Below, in pieces: positions 59,748 through 64,000 of a DNA stretch of 64,000 bases; the stretch's first letter is position 1, and every line of letters begins with the position of its first letter. This DNA comes from Klebsiella phage KP182: the sequence record OM337876.1. One strand, 5' to 3'. The translations under genes and the position numbers were made by a program. The notes beneath the pieces were generated by a model. The model saw only the letters and a program-made list of their open reading frames with translations. It was not told the origin of the DNA and searched no databases.

Positions 59748-60404
59748 ATGCCAAGCAAACAATCAATACCAATTTTTGATATGTTTCTTGGGTTGCTCGA
59801 GCTATTATTCAAAGATGGAGCCACGGGAAGAGTTCTCTTTTCCCGTGTTTTTGTTGTCATACTTTTAGCATTGTTGGCGTTTGCTGGTTATAAGTCAGAT
59901 AGTCTTATTACTGCTTACGTCGATAGTACATATGACAAGTATGATAAACTGGTTCAAAAGGATAGGGATGCCCGATTTGATAACACAGCACTCGAACAAC
60001 TCCAGATAGTACATATCTCAAGTGGTGCAGATTTTTCTGCGGTCTTTACGTTCAGACCTAAAAACTTGAACTACTTCGTAGACTTAATTGCTTATGAGGG
60101 GACTTTACCTAGCACGGTAGATTCTAAAAACTTGGGAGGATATCCAATCGACAAAACAACTGCTGAATATAGCACGCATTTATCGGGTAGATATTTTTGG
60201 ACGGATAAGGAATTTGTTTTCTTACCAACAAAAAGAAAACCGCCTGAGATATCGTATATGTTTAGCTGTCCATATTTCAATTTAGATAATGTTTATGCTG
60301 GAACTGTTGAAATGTACTGGTACAATTCCAAACCTGCATTATCTAACGAAAGACTAACATCGATATGTGGTCAGGCGGTTAGAGCTCTCGGAAGAGCTAA
60401 GTGA
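59748..60404 (+). CDS. t: Holin T
   Basis: 218 aa, the same length as T4 T. ALEQLQIVHISS.ADFSAV..FRPKNLNYFVD.IAYEG.LPST and ...SCPYFNLDN.YAGT..MYWY are near-identical to T4. Confidence 0.95.
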   Translation: MPSKQSIPIFDMFLGLLELLFKDGATGRVLFSRVFVVILLALLAFAGYKSDSLITAYVDSTYDKYDKLVQKDRDARFDNTALEQLQIVHISSGADFSAVFTFRPKNLNYFVDLIAYEGTLPSTVDSKNLGGYPIDKTTAEYSTHLSGRYFWTDKEFVFLPTKRKPPEISYMFSCPYFNLDNVYAGTVEMYWYNSKPALSNERLTSICGQAVRALGRAK

Positions 60405-60677
60405 TTACTTATTACTATGCATAGCCATTGTTCGATAGATAGACTCAAATCCCTCGTTGTATTCTTCAACGAGAATTCTCTTCTCTTCGTCAGTTAACTC
60501 AGAAACCATTTTACGGAAGTTGCTCTGATTTAACTGACGCCCCTGCTCGTTCTTGATTCCAATTTCGTTCAAGAACGCAATAAATTCATCTCGCTTCTCC
60601 ATGATATGTTCAGCATTGAACTTAGTCAGAATAGAAGCAACAGTAACGATTTCTTGGACAATTTCAAACTTAGTCAT
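60405..60677 (-). CDS. asiA: Anti-sigma-70 factor AsiA
   Basis: 90 aa, the same length as T4 AsiA. EI.TVASIL.KF....I.E.R..FIAFLNEIG......KLNQ..FRK.VSELT.E.K matches T4. Confidence 0.92.
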   Translation of the reverse strand: MTKFEIVQEIVTVASILTKFNAEHIMEKRDEFIAFLNEIGIKNEQGRQLNQSNFRKMVSELTDEEKRILVEEYNEGFESIYRTMAMHSNK

Positions 60678-60710
60678 TATTTTTCCTACAACATAATGGA
60701 TTATGTGATT

Positions 60711-60740
60711 ATAGTATCATCTTGATACCGCGTTGTAAAC
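60711..60740 (-). promoter_or_regulatory. Early promoter for asiA
   Basis: On the minus strand: GTTTAC, 17 nt, then GATACTATAAT. Confidence 0.5.
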
Positions 60741-60744
60741 CAGT

Positions 60745-61011
60745 TTATGCCAGTTCCCAACGAGAATTCAAATCTTCCTTGGTAGTGACATACTCAGAGC
60801 CAGAGGACATCCAGAGCCCGTAGCGACCATCTTTTACTTTAGCCGTTAAATACCATTCCTTTCCAATTGGACGAACCCTACGATTCATCCAGTGACATAC
60901 GTCCATTGCCTCCTGGAAAGACAAGTCGATCAGATTTCCAAGCGCGATTTTATTCATTAACGCTTCGAGATGACGCTGGGTTTTGATAACGTTTTCAATG
61001 TTATGACTCAT
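60745..61011 (-). CDS. Hypothetical protein (arn-region position)
   Basis: 88-aa ORF downstream of asiA. Confidence 0.45.
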   Translation of the reverse strand: MSHNIENVIKTQRHLEALMNKIALGNLIDLSFQEAMDVCHWMNRRVRPIGKEWYLTAKVKDGRYGLWMSSGSEYVTTKEDLNSRWELA

Positions 61012-61334
61012 GCTAAAACTACCTCTCCGCGATTACCTAAAATGCTTTCGATATACTCAACTCCACTTATAATGTCACCTCTATCCTTTGCTTTAATAGT
61101 AATAATTCCATACGTGTGGAAATCTGCTGATAGACTAAATGGTTTAGAAGCTTCCTGAGTAAACGTAAACATTACTGCTTGCTCTAAATGTTTTACTTCT
61201 AAGTCATTAGCCCAAGAGTTAAGAACCTTAAGCCTAACTTGTAAAGTATATTCTACTTTAATTGCTGAAAGTAATTCAGCACGTTTATGATATGCCTTGG
61301 CTTCATCTTCTCTGCGTAAAGTTTCAGTATTCAT
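61008..61334 (-). CDS. Hypothetical protein
   Basis: 108-aa ORF with an ATGA overlap. Confidence 0.45.
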   Translation of the reverse strand: MNTETLRREDEAKAYHKRAELLSAIKVEYTLQVRLKVLNSWANDLEVKHLEQAVMFTFTQEASKPFSLSADFHTYGIITIKAKDRGDIISGVEYIESILGNRGEVVLA

Positions 61335-61696
61335 AGATAATCTCCAATATCATAAGCATCAACACATTTCTGAAATTGTTCAAGAACTTCTTCAGGTTCA
61401 ACATTAGCGATAATAGCTACAGTAAAGGTACCATTATTCCAATCATGTACCATCCAGTCCCCATATCCGGCATTCTGAAGGTCTTCCATTAGTTCAGAAT
61501 GGATATCTGCTACTAATCCAGAATGTTCCCCTAATTTCTTATGGAGAGCTTCTAGGTCATCACAAATAATGGTTAAAGTAGTACATTTAGAATTATTCAG
61601 AATGCGCATTGTCTTTACCTTTATGTTTTTGCTTACGTTTTGATTCTTTGGCAGCACGCTTTTTATCTTTATGCGCGCCTCCTTTGTTAAAGTCAT
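61331..61696 (-). CDS. Hypothetical protein. An alternative start at 61609 gives 92 aa.
   Basis: 121-aa ORF with a basic N-terminal extension. The internal ATG has an AAGGTAAAG RBS. Confidence 0.4.
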   Translation of the reverse strand: MTLTKEARIKIKSVLPKNQNVSKNIKVKTMRILNNSKCTTLTIICDDLEALHKKLGEHSGLVADIHSELMEDLQNAGYGDWMVHDWNNGTFTVAIIANVEPEEVLEQFQKCVDAYDIGDYL

Positions 61697-61905
61697 TCTT
61701 CGCTACTGGGTTGTACATGTGCAATTACCTCATTTAAGCAGTTGCGTGTAATATCAAAACGCTTAGCAATACCACATTCTTGGATATGTGCTTTTAAATC
61801 TCCGGCATGCACATATCCCAATTCCAAGATAAACCGTTTAATTTGAGCCTTTTCTGAACGATTTAAGCTATTGAAGTAATCTGCCTTGGCGCTTATTGCT
61901 CTCAC
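61693..61905 (-). CDS. Hypothetical protein
   Basis: 70-aa ORF. Confidence 0.4.
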   Translation of the reverse strand: MRAISAKADYFNSLNRSEKAQIKRFILELGYVHAGDLKAHIQECGIAKRFDITRNCLNEVIAHVQPSSEE

Positions 61906-62204
61906 ACTTTATCTTCCTTGCATTCAAGTTCCTTGATGTAATAGTCAATATCTTTAATCATTTCTTCTGTCATTATTTTGTACATTTCAGCAAGAAATGG
62001 CTTAGCACCGCCATTAAATGGATGGCTAAACGGGCAGATGTATTCCTTATCCATGAGAGTTTTCATGAATTTGCTATCTGCCATTTTAAACCCGGCTTCA
62101 TTGGTATATGTACCCCAATTATCGTCCATCATTTCTAATGAGCGCTGAAGCGATTTACGTTGAATTTTTAAAAGCGTAATGTTATTCTTTAATGTACTAA
62201 TCAT
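61902..62204 (-). CDS. Hypothetical protein
   Basis: 100-aa ORF. Confidence 0.45.
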   Translation of the reverse strand: MISTLKNNITLLKIQRKSLQRSLEMMDDNWGTYTNEAGFKMADSKFMKTLMDKEYICPFSHPFNGGAKPFLAEMYKIMTEEMIKDIDYYIKELECKEDKV

Positions 62205-62629
62205 TAGTATAAATCCTCTGAGAATAATTCATTGGCGGGTCCTGATTTAGGACGAACGGTATTAACTTGACCTGCATGTGTAGCGATGATTAATGCTTCT
62301 TCGCGTGTGAAGTACTCACCCCACTGGTCGACAAATCCTTGATTGTCTCCATGGACATGGTCAGAAACCAGTTTGTCACGGAACATATCTAGAACGTTCG
62401 CCATATCAACAGAATAATGGCGAGTGCCTGGAACCACAATTGTTCCACCAGATTTCAATTCAAAACGATTTGCTGCACAAACGATACGGCGTTGAAGTAA
62501 TCGTCCATCCCACCAATCAGCTACTTTAAAGCAAATTTCAGGAATACTAACTTCTTCTGGTTCATTAATTAGAGCACCGTGACGAGAAGCATCAACAAAT
62601 TTATTCATTTGTTCGGAAAACTTGCTCAT
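62204..62629 (-). CDS. Hypothetical protein
   Basis: 141-aa ORF. Confidence 0.5.
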   Translation of the reverse strand: MSKFSEQMNKFVDASRHGALINEPEEVSIPEICFKVADWWDGRLLQRRIVCAANRFELKSGGTIVVPGTRHYSVDMANVLDMFRDKLVSDHVHGDNQGFVDQWGEYFTREEALIIATHAGQVNTVRPKSGPANELFSEDLY

Positions 62630-62967
62630 TTAAAGAATCCTTTAATTTTCTGCCACAAACTTTTCTTTTCACGAATACCGATTTGCCGAATAACAGGTTC
62701 ACCCTGCATTTTCTCTAACCATTCCATTGAGTTAACAGCTTCCGCCATTGGAACAAATTTAGCAAGGGCCTTTTGGTAATTATCTACATCCATGATATGT
62801 TTACCATCTGCATTGTAGATAGCATAGCATTTTGTGAATTTCTTATCAATGTATCCGATAAAGTGCCCACGGAACCATACATCCCAACAATCAGTTGGGA
62901 TATTAGCATTCAAGTTAACTTTTTCTACACAACGCTGAAGTTCATTCAATACTTTAAACTTGTTCAT
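62626..62967 (-). CDS. Hypothetical protein (motA.1-like position)
   Basis: 113-aa ORF immediately downstream of motA. Confidence 0.45.
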   Translation of the reverse strand: MNKFKVLNELQRCVEKVNLNANIPTDCWDVWFRGHFIGYIDKKFTKCYAIYNADGKHIMDVDNYQKALAKFVPMAEAVNSMEWLEKMQGEPVIRQIGIREKKSLWQKIKGFFK

Positions 62968-63608
62968 TACAGTTCCTTAATAGAGCGGATGATGGTTTCA
63001 ATGTTTTCAGCAGTACGGGCGATATCTAAGTAAGTATTGCCTGTTGCAGCTACACGGCAAGACATTCCGAGGTCAGTGAAGTGTTTCTGATGCTCTTCGG
63101 AAATTTTGTAACCAAAGATGCGGAAAGTGCCTTTGTTGTTAACTTCAAGACTACGAATACCAAAGGTACGTTTTTCCAGAACTGCGATATAGTTACTACG
63201 GTAAACAGTAAGTTCTTTCAGAGGTAAGATATCTTCCATCTCACCGAGAAGTTTCATCATCAGGTCTTTGTGCTCATTCATATCTTCAGTCAGAGGACGA
63301 GCTTTACGAGTATTGCGTTTCTTCAGAAGTTCAGGCTTGTTCTCTTCTGCATAGATAACTGCCGCTTTAGAGATGATGTCCTGTGCTTCACCAGTGATGA
63401 TTAAACCGTCACCAGATTTCTCGATGAGACCTTTCTTAATCAGAACACCAATGTTTGAGTTGACAGAACCTGCGTTCATGGTTTCTTCAAGGATTTCACG
63501 CAGTTCAGCAGAAGTGATGAAATCTTTTTTAGCTACCTGAACCAGGATAGCAGCAGTTTTTTCGTTCAGAGCATCTTCGGAAGCTTTGATGATGTAAGTT
63601 ACTTTAGA
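62967..63608 (-). CDS. motA: MotA, activator of middle transcription
   Basis: 213 aa from the ATG with a GGAGA RBS. MSKVTYIIKAS.D.LNEKTA.IL...AKKDFIT.AE.RE...NSNIGVLIKKGL.EKSGDGLIITGEAQDIIS is near-identical to T4 MotA. Confidence 0.93.
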   Translation of the reverse strand, partial: SKVTYIIKASEDALNEKTAAILVQVAKKDFITSAELREILEETMNAGSVNSNIGVLIKKGLIEKSGDGLIITGEAQDIISKAAVIYAEENKPELLKKRNTRKARPLTEDMNEHKDLMMKLLGEMEDILPLKELTVYRSNYIAVLEKRTFGIRSLEVNNKGTFRIFGYKISEEHQKHFTDLGMSCRVAATGNTYLDIARTAENIETIIRSIKEL

Positions 63609-63656
63609 CATTGTGATTCTCCATGATGTTTTATTCAATTTGTTTGGTATGAGACT

Positions 63657-63686
63657 ATAATATCATCTGCTAACCAGCTTGTAAAC
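63657..63686 (-). promoter_or_regulatory. Early promoter for motA
   Basis: On the minus strand: GTTTAC, 17-18 nt, then TATTAT. Confidence 0.5.
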
Positions 63687-63735
63687 CATTTTATTCTGCT
63701 CTCTGAAAAATTTTCTTCAAAGAGCAGTAAAAATG

Positions 63736-63999
63736 TTATACGTTAAAGATCAAGAACTTATCACCATTCTCAAGTTTAAGCACCCAGAAATCATCATATA
63801 CACAAAGAACGACTTGATACTCTTCACCGTCTTCATAGTTACTCGCTTGAATTACCTGGCGCATAGGATACTCGCGATTAACTTCGAACACATCAAGCAC
63901 CACAATGTTACCTTTGACATAGTGGCTCAGTCGAGTGCCATCGGCTTGAGTGGAAATATAAAGAATGTTTTTGATATCAGATTTTAATGATGTAATCAT
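63736..63999 (-). CDS. Hypothetical protein
   Basis: Complete 87-aa ORF at the window edge, upstream of motA. Confidence 0.4.
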   Translation of the reverse strand: MITSLKSDIKNILYISTQADGTRLSHYVKGNIVVLDVFEVNREYPMRQVIQASNYEDGEEYQVVLCVYDDFWVLKLENGDKFLIFNV

Positions 64000-64000
64000 T

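Overview
This window is a contiguous, T4-syntenic block from a T4-like (Tevenvirinae) myovirus genome. Calls rest on my reading of the ORF-track translations against remembered T4 proteins; no searches were run.

Gene order follows the T4 map from the 3' end of gene 17 to motA:
- Plus strand, structural: 17-18-19-20-67-68-21-22-23-24.
- Minus strand: rnlB, hoc, inh.
- Recombination and baseplate: uvsW/uvsW.1 (+); uvsY, 25, 26 (-); 51-27-28-29-48-54 (+).
- A long minus-strand early/middle block: alt, 30 (DNA ligase) plus small 30.x-like ORFs, rIII, 31, cd, pseT, the spanin pair, alc, rnlA, denA, nrdB, nrdA, td, frd, 32, 59, 33, dsbA, rnh.
- Plus strand, tail fibres and lysis: 34-35-36-37-38 and holin t.
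- Minus strand: asiA, an arn/motA.x-like set of small ORFs, motA.

Regulatory signals are the classic T4 ones: TATAAATA late promoters, GTTTAC-N17-TAtaaT early promoters, MotA-box middle promoters, and GC-stem/tetraloop terminators.

The features that T4 itself does not explain are:
- a DprA/Smf-like (SLOG Rossmann) gene translationally coupled behind RNA ligase 2;
- a roughly 340-nt ORF-free, GC-elevated, hairpin-rich segment between rIII and the 30.x genes, a candidate structured RNA;
- a free-standing GIY-YIG/NUMOD3 homing endonuclease with its own late promoter, wedged between nrdA and an intron-less td, with nrdB also intron-less;
- an extra 105-aa gene between frd and td;
- a gp37 that ends in a phage-K1F/T5-type self-cleaving intramolecular-chaperone domain (peptidase S74), followed by an unusually short T2-type gp38 adhesin with no glycine-rich motifs.

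No tRNA, CRISPR or transposon features were seen.
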